DNA of 64,000 nt. Source: Planctomycetota bacterium. GTDB taxonomy: Bacteria > Planctomycetota > MHYJ01 > WSZJ01. The translations under genes were made by a program, and so were the position numbers. Position 1 is the stretch's first letter. The number at the start of each line of letters is the position of its first letter. The DNA lies in contig JBBTCT010000009.1 of assembly GCA_038060895.1 (NCBI GenBank), positions 240,082 through 304,081 on the forward strand, written 5' to 3'. The notes below the pieces were generated by a model. That model did no database searches, was not told the DNA's origin, and saw only the letters and a list, made by a program, of their open reading frames with translations. Shown in pieces: positions 1-9,844 of this stretch.

Positions 1-570
1 CTTCCCGAGGACGGCGTGGCGACGCCGGTGGTGCCGGTGGGAAAGAGCTCTCCCGGTGCGAAGCGCTCCGAGGATCCGCCGACGTTTCTTCCCGGGCAGA
101 TCCAGCCGGGGGCGTTCCGCGACGCGGAGCCTGCGGCCGTTGCCCCGCCACCTGCGAAGCCGGTGGAGCGGAGGCGCGGCGCGTTTCATCACATGGACCT
201 GAACGTGTCAAACCTCGAGGACTCGCGTCTGTTTTATGCGCGGGTGCTGCCGCGATTCGGATTTGAGCGGGGAGAGACCGGGGCCGACGGTGTGACGTTC
301 ACCCACGGCGACTTTCACCTGACGCTTCGCCAGACGAAGGACCCGTGGCGGACGAACGGGTTTCACCGGAAGGGCGTGGGCGTGAACCATATCGCGTTCG
401 CGGCGCCGTCGAAGGAAGCGGTGGACGTGCTGAACGAGTGGCTGATGTGGGAGGGGATTGCGGTGCTGTACGGGGGGCCGATGGAAAAGGGGACCGCGGA
501 AGCGCCGAACTATGCGGTTTATTTTGAAGATCCGGATCGGCTGAAGCTGGAATACGTCTTTCGTCCCTGA
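1..570 (+). CDS. VOC/glyoxalase family protein with Pro-rich N-terminal extension (5'-truncated)
   Basis: Frame is open from base 1. Motifs FHHMDLNVSNLEDSRLFY, GVNHIAF and YAVYFEDPDRLKLEY are typical of VOC/glyoxalase proteins. Confidence 0.8.
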   Translation, partial: LPEDGVATPVVPVGKSSPGAKRSEDPPTFLPGQIQPGAFRDAEPAAVAPPPAKPVERRRGAFHHMDLNVSNLEDSRLFYARVLPRFGFERGETGADGVTFTHGDFHLTLRQTKDPWRTNGFHRKGVGVNHIAFAAPSKEAVDVLNEWLMWEGIAVLYGGPMEKGTAEAPNYAVYFEDPDRLKLEYVFRP

Positions 571-590
571 ACAGTGCGGATCCGCGCGAA

Positions 591-1964
591 TCAGGCCTGG
601 GGCGCACTCTTCCGGCTTTTCGCCCACATCAGAGCGACGCCTGCGAACAGGAAACCCCACATGACGGGCAGCCAGCCCATCGGGCGCTTGTCGGGGGTCA
701 ACGCGACGAGTTGAGCTTTCAGCTCCCTGGCATCGCGCTCGAACGAGGAGCGGACGCGCCGGCAATTCTCGGAGGAGACGCCGTGCGCGAGTGAGCCGAG
801 CTCGTGGATGCTCCCGTCGAGCGCGGCCAGCGCCTCGCACCCTTCGCCGAGGTCGTGTCCCCGCTTCTGCGCCTTGTCCAGGAGCTGGTGAAGTTCCCGG
901 AGGTCTTCGCGCGTCTTCGCGGAAATGTCCGAGATCTGGTTGCCGGCCTCCAGTTCCTTCGTCCCAGGCTCGTGGCACTTGCCGCAGGTCTTCGCCGCGA
1001 ACGGCGCTTCCGGCCTCCGCGCACCGTGTGCGCCGTGGCAGTGCTCGCAGTTTACCGGCGACGCCACGCCGCTCTGCGGGTCGGTCCAGGTCGCTTTGCC
1101 GTGCGGGCCCGCGGCGAGTTCCCGCGCCGGGCCCTCGTGGCAGCGCCCGCACAAGGCGCCCATCTCGTCGAAGCCCGGGACGCGCGCGAAGTGCGGACCG
1201 TGGCAAGCGGCGCACGAGGGAGCTCCGTCCTTGAGCGTCCGCGCGTGAGGCGAGCCGTCGAACTTCGCGACGAGCCCGTGGCTCAAGCCGTGGCTCTTCA
1301 TCACCTTCTCGTCGGAATGGCAGCGCCCGCACGTCGCGGATTGCCGCGTCACGTGGGTTTCGCTCGCGGGATTGGAAGAGCGAAGGGACTCATGCGCGTT
1401 GTGGCAATCGACGCAGGACGCCCCGTCTTCTTCCTTCTCTTCCAGCACGTTGTGCGCGTGCTTGCTTTTCGCGTACAGCGCCATCGCGTCCGCGCGCAGG
1501 CCGCTCCGCGCCATCTGCCCCGCGTCGCCGTGGCAGCGCGCGCAGGTTGCACCGACGTTCAGCTTCTTCGTCGGCGCATCTCCTTCGCCGCAGTCCACGA
1601 TCGAATGCGACGAAGGTGCGGCCGTCCGCGTGTGGCAGGAAGCACACGACGCCCCCGCCGGGTCTCCCTTCAGCATCCCCTCGATGTGCGGCGAGAGCTT
1701 CCACGCGTCCGTCGCCTTCTTGTGGCAGTCGCCGCACATCACGGCGAGCTGAAGCGGCTGCGGCCTGCCGATGAACTTCTTTGCCTCGGAATGCGACGCT
1801 TCCATTTCGGCGGCCGAAGGATCTCCGTTGTGGCAGTCGGCGCAGGAGAGCATGGGGTGGGCGGAATTCTCGACGGGCGCCTGCTGCGCGTCGTGGCATT
1901 CGATGCAGGTGTTCTGGGCATCGGCGGCGGCTGCGAGGAGAAGGAGAAGAAGGAGACGGTTCAT
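591..1964 (-). CDS. Membrane-anchored multiheme cytochrome c (11 CxxCH)
   Basis: ATG at 1964 overlaps the cytochrome b stop (ATGA). Signal peptide MNRLLLLLLLAAAADA, 11 CxxCH motifs counted, C-terminal TM helix WLPVMWGFLFAGVALMW. Confidence 0.9.
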   Translation of the reverse strand: MNRLLLLLLLAAAADAQNTCIECHDAQQAPVENSAHPMLSCADCHNGDPSAAEMEASHSEAKKFIGRPQPLQLAVMCGDCHKKATDAWKLSPHIEGMLKGDPAGASCASCHTRTAAPSSHSIVDCGEGDAPTKKLNVGATCARCHGDAGQMARSGLRADAMALYAKSKHAHNVLEEKEEDGASCVDCHNAHESLRSSNPASETHVTRQSATCGRCHSDEKVMKSHGLSHGLVAKFDGSPHARTLKDGAPSCAACHGPHFARVPGFDEMGALCGRCHEGPARELAAGPHGKATWTDPQSGVASPVNCEHCHGAHGARRPEAPFAAKTCGKCHEPGTKELEAGNQISDISAKTREDLRELHQLLDKAQKRGHDLGEGCEALAALDGSIHELGSLAHGVSSENCRRVRSSFERDARELKAQLVALTPDKRPMGWLPVMWGFLFAGVALMWAKSRKSAPQA

Positions 1965-3112
1965 TTCGGCCTCCCGTAGGTGTCGAGCTTCCACTCGCGT
2001 CCGAAGACCCTCTCGCGGTTGTCGGAGACCGCCCCGAGGAACGTGAGAGCGCTCCATACCAGCACGCCGGCCGCGAAAATCGCCAGCGCTCGCTTCCGGT
2101 TTGCGGGACGGCGCTCGGGGGAGCGATCGAGGAAGGGGAGGAGCGCGAACGCCACGACTGCGAGAATCGGGAGAATCTGGCCGACTGTCTCGCCCGGCAT
2201 GCCGAGCACGCGCCCAGGCCAGTACTTCAGGTACTGGAAAAGCGCGAGGAAGAACCACTCGGGGCGAAGGCCGTCCGGTGTCGCGCCGCCGGCTTTCGGT
2301 GCGGGACCCGCCGGAAACAGCGCGGAGACGGTGATCAGCACCCCCGCCGTGACCGTCGCGGCTGCGGCGGCGCGCAGGGCGAGATGCGGGATCCACGGCG
2401 CGCCGCCCTCACTGCAGGCCGTGTGGCCCTTTTCCTGCTCCTCGTCCGTGCGGACCGCGGGCGCGAGCCCGAGTCGCCGCACCAGCCGCAGGTGCATCCA
2501 GAGGAGCAGGGCGAGCAGGGCGGGGAGGACGACGACGTGGAGCGCATAGAAGCGCGTAAGGGTTGAGGCGCCGATTTCGTCGCCGCCGCGAAGAAGGCGC
2601 GCGACGAGGCCTCCGACGAGCGGCGCTTCTTCGGTATGGCCGAGGCGCACGGCGGTTCCCCAGCAGGCCTCGTTGGTCCACGGGAGAAGGTGTCCCGTGA
2701 CCGAGAAGCCGAGCACGACGAAGAGGGCGAGGGCCCCCGCGACCCAGGTCAGCTCCCGGGGGCGCTTGTGGCCTCCCGAAATAAAAACCTTGGCTGCGTG
2801 CAGAAGCGCGAGCCCGACCAGCGCGTGCGTTCCCCAGGCGTGCACGGAAAGCCAGAGCCACCCGAGCGGCACCGAGTCCCGGATCTGCGCCACGCTCGCG
2901 TGCGCCGCTTCCGGCGTCGCCCTGTAATGGAACGCCAGGACGATACCGCTGACGCATTCCATTCCGAGGACTGTCAGCGCCATCACCCCCAGCGTCGCGC
3001 CCCACCCGACGTTCGGCGGCTGCGGGCGCGTCGCGTCCGCCACCACGCGGTCGCGCGATTCGCGCCACCCGGTGCGCCGGTCGAGGCCGTCGAGGAATCC
3101 GCCCCAGCTCAA
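1961..3112 (-). CDS. Cytochrome b subunit of a bc-type complex
   Basis: TTG start overlaps the Rieske stop. Heme His pairs (VHAWGTHALVGLALLH; LHVVVLP...WMH), PRELTW, GHLLPW and a PEWF (PEWY-like) motif. Confidence 0.9.
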   Translation of the reverse strand: MSWGGFLDGLDRRTGWRESRDRVVADATRPQPPNVGWGATLGVMALTVLGMECVSGIVLAFHYRATPEAAHASVAQIRDSVPLGWLWLSVHAWGTHALVGLALLHAAKVFISGGHKRPRELTWVAGALALFVVLGFSVTGHLLPWTNEACWGTAVRLGHTEEAPLVGGLVARLLRGGDEIGASTLTRFYALHVVVLPALLALLLWMHLRLVRRLGLAPAVRTDEEQEKGHTACSEGGAPWIPHLALRAAAAATVTAGVLITVSALFPAGPAPKAGGATPDGLRPEWFFLALFQYLKYWPGRVLGMPGETVGQILPILAVVAFALLPFLDRSPERRPANRKRALAIFAAGVLVWSALTFLGAVSDNRERVFGREWKLDTYGRPK

Positions 3113-3522
3113 CCCGTCACCTCCCACGAATCGCCGGCGTCGATGACCGTGAAGCGGCGAAGGTCCGCGGGGGGCGGCCCGGAGAGGCGGCGCCCCTCCG
3201 GGTCGAAGGTCCCCTTGTGACACGGGCATAGAAAGCGCTTCTCGGCGTCTTCCCACCGAACGATGCAACGGGCGTGAGTGCAGACGAGGGAGAGCGCGAC
3301 GGCGCCCGAGCCGGACACGACCAGGACGAAGGGCGTGCCTCGCAGGGAACCAGCCGCGCGTCCGCCCGCCACGGCCGACTTGGGGATGCGCGTCGTCGAA
3401 GGGGGTTCTTCGCGGGGCCACAGCGCCGCGCCTGCTGCCGCGGCGCCGCCCACGGCCGCGGTCGCGGCCCACGCCCCAAGGGCGCGATTGAGGAAATCTC
3501 TTCGGCTGGTCGGCTCGTCCAT
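3109..3522 (-). CDS. Rieske 2Fe-2S protein (Tat-exported)
   Basis: SRRDFL twin-arginine motif; CTHARC and CPCHKG cluster ligands; GPPP. Confidence 0.92.
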   Translation of the reverse strand: MDEPTSRRDFLNRALGAWAATAAVGGAAAAGAALWPREEPPSTTRIPKSAVAGGRAAGSLRGTPFVLVVSGSGAVALSLVCTHARCIVRWEDAEKRFLCPCHKGTFDPEGRRLSGPPPADLRRFTVIDAGDSWEVTG

Positions 3523-3565
3523 CGGGTGACACGTTATCGCCGGCGGGCGGAACTCGCCACACGCG

Positions 3566-4825
3566 CTACTTCAGCCGGTAGATCCGCCCTTCCCACGGCT
3601 TCTCCCACGGCCATTCGGGCGGCATCACGACGCTCCATTCAAATTGCAGCCGTTCCTTCGGGATCGCGTCGAAGGACTCGTTTCCGCCCGGCGACGTCGC
3701 CCACGTCAGCGGCGTCCCGGCTGGCATCCGCTTCCATTGGTCGATCCGGATCCACTCGCTTCCCTCGATGCGCGCCACGGTCGAGTGATCGGTCATGACC
3801 CCGCGGACGTGCGCGAGTTTCTGCGCGCCCTTGAAGGAATTGGGGCGGTACCAGGCCGCGAAAAGGGCGCAGGCCGCGGCGACGGCGAGAATCGCGGGAC
3901 GGGCGAATCTGTGCAGGGATTCGAGCCCGAACGCCGCGCAGAGCGCGAGCGCCGGGATCATCGTCACGAGGTATCGCGGCATCCCGTACGAGCCGAGAAT
4001 CCCCGCCGTCCAGAGGATCGAATGGCCCGCGAGGACCGAAGCGCAGACGGCCACCGCGAGCGAGGGGGCGCGCCTCAATCCCGCCGCGGCAGGCTCGACC
4101 AGCACGCCCGCCGCGACCGGGAGCAGAGCGAAGAACGTCCACCAGTGACCGCTTCCGTAATGTGAATGTCCCCAAGGGTGAGGCTGCTGTGCGAAGAGAA
4201 ACCTCGCGTTCCCCGTCGCGGCCCAGCCGGCGAGGTGCCAGAGCAGCGGGGCGGCGGGCAGGCAGGCGAGACCGGCCCAGGAGCGCTTCTTGAGCAGGAA
4301 GGGCGTCCACGCGACCCAGAAAAAGATCGCGTCGAAGCGCGCTAGAAACGCGAAAGAAGCCGCCAACGCGGACCAGGCAAATTTCTCGCGCGACCAGAGG
4401 TAGAGGGCCGCGGCCAGGAAGAGCGCGCAGGATGTTTCGGTCAGGGCGGAGGTGACACCGCGCACCCAGAAGGGGGCGAGGCCGGCAAGCGCTACGGCGA
4501 CGAGCGTTTCGCGCTCCTTCGCGCCGAAGCGCAGCGCGGCGGCGCGGATCAGCGCGAGGGCCGCCGCGGCCAGCGCGGCCTGCACGAGCTTGACGCCGAC
4601 CGCGGCGCCGCCGAACAGGATCACGCCCGCCATGAGCGTGGTCAGCACCGGCTTGTGCCACGGGTCCAGCAGAAACGACGGGTTGTCCAGCGCCCATTTC
4701 GCGCCGAGGTACCGCGCGTCGCTGTCCGCTTCGCTCAGGTAATTGCCGGTTGCGAAGGCGAGCACCGCGTAGACCGAGAACGCGGCGGCGAAGACTGCGA
4801 GGTTCCGGGAAGATTCGACCTTCAC
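3566..4825 (-). CDS. Polytopic membrane protein, GT-C (ArnT/PMT-like) glycosyltransferase
   Basis: Many TM helices, acidic DS/D after TM1, 'LTETSCALF' and 'LARFD' motifs. The GTG start at 4825 is inferred. Confidence 0.6.
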   Translation of the reverse strand: MKVESSRNLAVFAAAFSVYAVLAFATGNYLSEADSDARYLGAKWALDNPSFLLDPWHKPVLTTLMAGVILFGGAAVGVKLVQAALAAAALALIRAAALRFGAKERETLVAVALAGLAPFWVRGVTSALTETSCALFLAAALYLWSREKFAWSALAASFAFLARFDAIFFWVAWTPFLLKKRSWAGLACLPAAPLLWHLAGWAATGNARFLFAQQPHPWGHSHYGSGHWWTFFALLPVAAGVLVEPAAAGLRRAPSLAVAVCASVLAGHSILWTAGILGSYGMPRYLVTMIPALALCAAFGLESLHRFARPAILAVAAACALFAAWYRPNSFKGAQKLAHVRGVMTDHSTVARIEGSEWIRIDQWKRMPAGTPLTWATSPGGNESFDAIPKERLQFEWSVVMPPEWPWEKPWEGRIYRLK

Positions 4826-5102
4826 GGGCGCGGATGGTATCCGCGCTTCGATTATTCGTCTCGCCGCTAGAGCGTGACAGCCGCCGCGGTGCCGGGGCCC
4901 CGCACGGCGTCTACTGCAAAAACCGTCCGGAAGCAATGCCGCTTCCCGCCACTCGATGATCTGCAGGTCGTCCACTTTCAGCGTGGTCTCGCCCGTGGGG
5001 GGGGATTGAGGGCGACATGAAAGAGCAGCATTCTGGCGGCCAGAGTATCGCGGGTCGCGAGGGATTGCGGGCCGGCGCAATCTCGGCTAGATTGAGGGGT
5101 TT

Positions 5103-6074
5103 ATGCCCTCGGAGATCGTCCTCGGCGTCGACGTCGGCGGAACGGCGATCAAGGCCGGAGCCGTGGACCGGCGGGGGCGGATTGTCGCGAAGCGTGAAGT
5201 TGCGACGCCTTCGGGCGGGCCGGCAAAGGTCGTGGCCCGCGTCGCTGAGGTCGTGAAAGAGCTGGAAGCGGAAGCCGGCCGGGCGCTGGCGGTCGGGATT
5301 GGATGGCCGACGCCGCTCGATCCCGTTCGTGGAGTGGTGCTTTTTGACAACAAGCTGGGAAGTGCCGGGGTCAATGTTGCTGCGCTCGTGGCGCAAGCAA
5401 CGAAGCGCCTGACGTGCATCGAGAACGACGCGAACGCCGCGGCCCTGGCGGAATACCTGTACGGCGCGGCGAAGGGCGCCGGTTCGGTCGTGCTGCTGAC
5501 GCTCGGGACGGGAGTCGGGGGCGGGATCGTTCTGGGCGGGGAGGTCTGGCACGGCCGTGACGGCGCGGCCGGGGAAGTCGGGCACGTGAAAGTTCATCCG
5601 GGCGGGCGGCGGTGCCTGTTCTGCGGCCGGCGCGGATGTCTCGAAGCGTATGCCGGAGCGCAGGCGATTCTCAAGCGGTACCGCGCTTCCGGAAAGAAGG
5701 CCGAAGGAATGAAAGACGTCGTCAACGCGGCTCGCCGCGGTGACCGTCTGGCCGTGACGATCGTGTCGGAGATGGCCGAAATGATCGGGATGGCGGTCGC
5801 GGATCTCGCGAACGTGCTCAATCCCGAGATCGTTGTGATTGGGGGAGGCGTTGCCCGGGCCGGAGACATCCTGTTCCGCCCGATTCGCGCCGCCGTCGCA
5901 AGAGAAGCACTTCCTAATGTTTCAAAAGGCCTTCGCATCGTGCCGGCGAAACTCGGCAACGACGCGGGCCTCCTCGGAGCCGCCGGATGCGCCTGGAAAA
6001 GATTCGGAACTTCTGCATCATCGCCCACATCGACCACGGCAAATCGACGCTCGCGGATCGCCTCCTCGAGCTGA
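5103..6074 (+). CDS. ROK family sugar kinase (glucokinase-like)
   Basis: GVDVGGT, ENDANAAALAE, GTGVGGG, GEVGH, CxxCGxxGCLE, GNDAGLLGAA. Confidence 0.93.
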   Translation: MPSEIVLGVDVGGTAIKAGAVDRRGRIVAKREVATPSGGPAKVVARVAEVVKELEAEAGRALAVGIGWPTPLDPVRGVVLFDNKLGSAGVNVAALVAQATKRLTCIENDANAAALAEYLYGAAKGAGSVVLLTLGTGVGGGIVLGGEVWHGRDGAAGEVGHVKVHPGGRRCLFCGRRGCLEAYAGAQAILKRYRASGKKAEGMKDVVNAARRGDRLAVTIVSEMAEMIGMAVADLANVLNPEIVVIGGGVARAGDILFRPIRAAVAREALPNVSKGLRIVPAKLGNDAGLLGAAGCAWKRFGTSASSPTSTTANRRSRIASSS

Positions 6075-7795
6075 CCGGCGCGGTCGCCATGCGGGACATG
6101 CAGGCGCAGCTTCTCGACTCGATGGACCTCGAGCGCGAGCGCGGCATCACGATCAAGGCGAAGTCCGTTGCGATGAAGTACGTGCTCGACGGGCAGACTT
6201 ACCTGCTCAACCTGATCGACACGCCCGGGCACGTGGACTTCACGTACGAGGTGAGCCGGTCGATGGCCGCATGTGAAGGCGCGATCATGCTGGTGGACGC
6301 GACGCAGGGGGTGCAGGCGCAGACGGTCGCAAACACGCTTCTCGCGCTCGAAGCGAACCTGGACATCGTGCCGGTGATCAACAAGGTCGATTCGCCGAAC
6401 GCCCAGATCGAGGAGACGATCCTCGAGATGACGAACTCGCTCGGCGTGCACGCCGAGGAGATCCTGCAGATCAGCGCGAAGACGGGCCGCGGCGTGGAAG
6501 AGCTGCTCGCGGAGGTCATCAAGCGCGTGGACGCGCCCGAGTCGGAGCCCGGGCGGCCGCTTCGCGCCCTCATCTTCGACTCCGTCTACGACAGCTACCG
6601 CGGCGTGATCATCCACGTCCGGCTGGAGGACGGCACGATCAAGGCCGGGCAGGAAATCATGCTGCTGTCGAACAAATCGATCCACAAGGTCGAGGAGGTC
6701 GGCGTCTTCACGCCGAAGCGCCTCGCGACGGGCGAGTTGAAGGCGGGGGAGGTCGGTTACATCATCGCGGGGCTGAAGCAGATCCGGGACGTGAAGGTCG
6801 GCGACACGCTGACGACGGAAGGCGACACGGTGGAGATGCTTCCCGGCTTCCGCGAGCCCAAGCCGATGGTGTTCTGCGGCATTTACCCGACGAACGACCA
6901 GGACTTCACGGAGCTGAAGAAGGCCCTGGAGAAGCTGTCGCTGAACGACTCGGGATTCACGTGGGAGCCGGAGACGTCGGAAGCGCTGGGATTCGGGTTC
7001 CGGTGCGGCTTCCTCGGGCTCCTGCACATGGAAATCGTGCAGCAGCGGCTCGAGCGCGACCAGGACGTGGACGTGATCCAGACGGCGCCGAACGTGACGT
7101 ACGAAGTGGTCCGGAGGGCGCGCGGGGGGAAACCGGAAACGATCCGGGTGGATAACCCGGCGAAGCTGCCGGACGAGGGGGAAATCGAGGAATTCCGCGA
7201 GCCGATCTGCCGCCTGAAGTTGATCTGCCCGACGGAGTCGATCGGGTCGTGCATGAAATTGTGCCTGGAGCGGCGCGGGAAGTTCGTGCAGCAGGAGTAT
7301 CTTTCGCCGATCAGGGTCATCCTCTCGTACGACATTCCGTTCGCGGAGATCATTTTCGATTTCTACGACAAGATGAAGTCGATCACGCGCGGCTACGGCA
7401 CGATGGACTACCAGATCCTCGGGTACGAGCCGGACAACCTTGTGCGTCTGCGCGTCCTCGTCGCGGCGGAGGAAGTCGACGCGCTTTCCATCGTCTGCCA
7501 CCGCGACCAGGCGGAGCACAAGGGGCGCCGGATGATCCAGATTCTCCGCAAGGAGATCCCCCGCCACCTGTTTGAGGTCGCCCTTCAGGCCGCCGTGGGC
7601 GGGCGGGTGATCGCGCGGGAGACGATCAAGTCGGTCGGCAAGAACGTCACGGCCAAGTGCTACGGCGGCGACATCAGCCGAAAGCGAAAGCTGCTGGAGA
7701 AGCAGAAGGAAGGCAAAAAGAAGATGAAGAACGTCGGAAGCGTCGAGATTCCGCAGAAGGCGTTCCTGGCCGTTCTGTCGGTGGACAAAGAATAG
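5987..7795 (+). CDS. lepA: Elongation factor 4 (LepA)
   Basis: IRNFCIIAHIDHGKSTLADR, LIDTPGHVDF, GFRCGFLGLLH, KCYGGDISRKRKLLEKQKEGKK. Confidence 0.99.
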   Translation: MRLEKIRNFCIIAHIDHGKSTLADRLLELTGAVAMRDMQAQLLDSMDLERERGITIKAKSVAMKYVLDGQTYLLNLIDTPGHVDFTYEVSRSMAACEGAIMLVDATQGVQAQTVANTLLALEANLDIVPVINKVDSPNAQIEETILEMTNSLGVHAEEILQISAKTGRGVEELLAEVIKRVDAPESEPGRPLRALIFDSVYDSYRGVIIHVRLEDGTIKAGQEIMLLSNKSIHKVEEVGVFTPKRLATGELKAGEVGYIIAGLKQIRDVKVGDTLTTEGDTVEMLPGFREPKPMVFCGIYPTNDQDFTELKKALEKLSLNDSGFTWEPETSEALGFGFRCGFLGLLHMEIVQQRLERDQDVDVIQTAPNVTYEVVRRARGGKPETIRVDNPAKLPDEGEIEEFREPICRLKLICPTESIGSCMKLCLERRGKFVQQEYLSPIRVILSYDIPFAEIIFDFYDKMKSITRGYGTMDYQILGYEPDNLVRLRVLVAAEEVDALSIVCHRDQAEHKGRRMIQILRKEIPRHLFEVALQAAVGGRVIARETIKSVGKNVTAKCYGGDISRKRKLLEKQKEGKKKMKNVGSVEIPQKAFLAVLSVDKE

Positions 7796-7840
7796 CCGTC
7801 CGCTTCGCCATCCGTCCGGAACTCACAATCGTTTAACACG

Positions 7841-9721
7841 GTGACGATGTACGCCAAAATCCAGGGCATTCGCGACCTCTGCGCGGGCAACCTCCTCCTG
7901 CGCTGGCTGACGGCGTTCGGCCTGGCCGCCACGTGCGTGGGGCTCGGGATCGTCTACGCACGGCTTCACGCGAGCGGGACGGGCGGCCCCGAAAACCTCC
8001 TGATCCTCGCGATGCTCGCCGGGCAGATCGTCGCCGCGCTGGCAATCGCGTTCGGGTCCCGCCTTGCATGGATCGTGGCCCAGTACTTCTGCGGCATCCA
8101 GGCGCTTTGGAACGTCGTGCAGTTTTTCCGCTCGCAGAACGCCAGCCCCGTCGAAGCGAATTTCGGCGACGCCCCCTTCCACGTCGCCTTCGCAGTCTGG
8201 TTCATTGCGCTCTGGATCATCACCTTCCTCGGGTTGCCCGCCGTGAAGACCGCCGACACACCGGAGGGCGCAGGACCCGAAGGAAACCCGGACTTCAGCC
8301 CCGGCGCCGTCGCGGCGCCTCGAAAGAAAGGCGCCGACCCGCTCGAGTGGACTCGCGACAACATCGAGGCCATCGCGGTAGCCTTCCTGATGGCACTCAT
8401 CATCCGGTGCTTCTGCATCGAGGTCTTCAAGATCCCAACCGGCTCGATGGAGCCCACGCTCTTCGGCGACACGAAAGCCGGCGAACCGCCCCCCGCCCAC
8501 ACTGGCGACCGCATCATGGTCGACAAGCTCGGGCTCATTCTTCACGGCGTGAAGCGTTACGACGTCTGCGTCTTCAAGTACCCGCTCGACCGCTCGCGCA
8601 ACTTCATCAAGCGCATCGTGGGCCTGCCCGAAGAGGATTTCCGCGTGGACCACGCGGACATCTGGACCAGGCCGCACTCGGGGGGCGACGGCAAATTCCA
8701 CCTTGCGCGCAAACCGGCCAGGGAGCAGGCGAGCATCTGGCTGCACGCCTGGCCCGGGGAGGATGTGTCGGCGGAGAAGTGCAAGAAGATGTGGGATGGC
8801 GCGCCCGCGGGATGTTACGCGGGCGGGGCGACGTTCGACACGGGGCCCGCGAACGGGGAAGCGGTGTTCCGGCTTCAGACGCCGGTGAAGGACTATTACC
8901 GCGGCAAGGGGACCAACGCCCGCGTCAACGACCTGGCGATACGCTTCAAGGCCACGATGGCGGCCGGTGCCGAGCTCTTCGTCACCAACGCGCGCAGCGA
9001 CGGTTACGGCCGGTTCACGACATCCCTTTCCGCCGACGGCACCGTCCGCTTCTCACATATGCCCGACGAAGGGGGGACCTTCGCGCCTCTTCCCGCCCCC
9101 ACTCCCGCCCCGGCGGGCGCCGTCGCGGCAGGAGCGGATGTGGAGATTGCGCAGTGGGACGGCGCCATCCGGGTCCGGGTGTCGGGACGCGAAGTCGCTT
9201 CGTGGGAATACGTCGATCTCCTCCCCGACAAGCTTCGGATGCCCGACGCGCCGGCGTTTCAGATGTCGTTCGGCTCGCGGGGCGGCGCGGTGAAGTTCCA
9301 GGGAGTGTGGATCGGAAGAGACATCCTGTACAACGAGGCGGGGCAGTCGAGCGGCGAGTCAGTGCTGACGGGCCAGGATCATCTCTCGATCCCGAAGGAC
9401 TCGTATTTCGCGATCGGCGACAACGTGTGCAACTCGAAGGACGGGCGGCTGTGGAAGGAACGGATCGTAAGACTGAAGAGCGGGCTGACGATCCACGGCG
9501 ACGGGGACTCCCCGGAAAACTACCCGCAGAACCGGACCGGAGAGACGATTGTCGAGAGATTCCGGGACCTCGAGGGCACCGATCATTTCTTCAAGCAGGA
9601 GGACGTCGAGGACGAAGGGGACCGGGACAAGCCCTGGCATCCGTTCGTGGCGAGGGAGGAACTGGTCGGCAAGGCGCTGGTGGTGTGGTACCCGTTTGCG
9701 CGGTTCAAGATGATTCGTTAG
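7841..9721 (+). CDS. lepB: Signal peptidase I (S26) with extra N-terminal TM domain and large insertion
   Basis: Catalytic Ser in FKIPTGSMEPTL, Lys in NFIKRIVG, box GDNxxNSKDGR; follows lepA. Confidence 0.9.
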   Translation: MTMYAKIQGIRDLCAGNLLLRWLTAFGLAATCVGLGIVYARLHASGTGGPENLLILAMLAGQIVAALAIAFGSRLAWIVAQYFCGIQALWNVVQFFRSQNASPVEANFGDAPFHVAFAVWFIALWIITFLGLPAVKTADTPEGAGPEGNPDFSPGAVAAPRKKGADPLEWTRDNIEAIAVAFLMALIIRCFCIEVFKIPTGSMEPTLFGDTKAGEPPPAHTGDRIMVDKLGLILHGVKRYDVCVFKYPLDRSRNFIKRIVGLPEEDFRVDHADIWTRPHSGGDGKFHLARKPAREQASIWLHAWPGEDVSAEKCKKMWDGAPAGCYAGGATFDTGPANGEAVFRLQTPVKDYYRGKGTNARVNDLAIRFKATMAAGAELFVTNARSDGYGRFTTSLSADGTVRFSHMPDEGGTFAPLPAPTPAPAGAVAAGADVEIAQWDGAIRVRVSGREVASWEYVDLLPDKLRMPDAPAFQMSFGSRGGAVKFQGVWIGRDILYNEAGQSSGESVLTGQDHLSIPKDSYFAIGDNVCNSKDGRLWKERIVRLKSGLTIHGDGDSPENYPQNRTGETIVERFRDLEGTDHFFKQEDVEDEGDRDKPWHPFVAREELVGKALVVWYPFARFKMIR

Positions 9722-9794
9722 GGGTTTCGGGTTCCGGAAGTTGAGTTCCGGGTTCCGGGTTCAGAGTTCCGGGTGGGGTTTGGAGTTTCCGGTT
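9722..9794. repeat. Degenerate heptamer tandem repeat (GGTTCCG/GAGTTCC-like)
   Basis: Run 'gggtttcgggttccggaagttgagttccgggttccgggttcagagttccggg' in the intergenic region. Confidence 0.55.
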
Positions 9795-9844
9795 ACTCGT
9801 TGACGGCGATCTTGTGCGGTCACGGCAAAAACTTGAGGCGCTTC

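Noticed and set aside
1965-3562. Long N-terminal extensions in the ORF track for cytochrome c, cytochrome b and many other genes
   Set aside because: They overlap upstream genes; coupled ATGA/TTGA junctions and RBSs indicate shorter starts.
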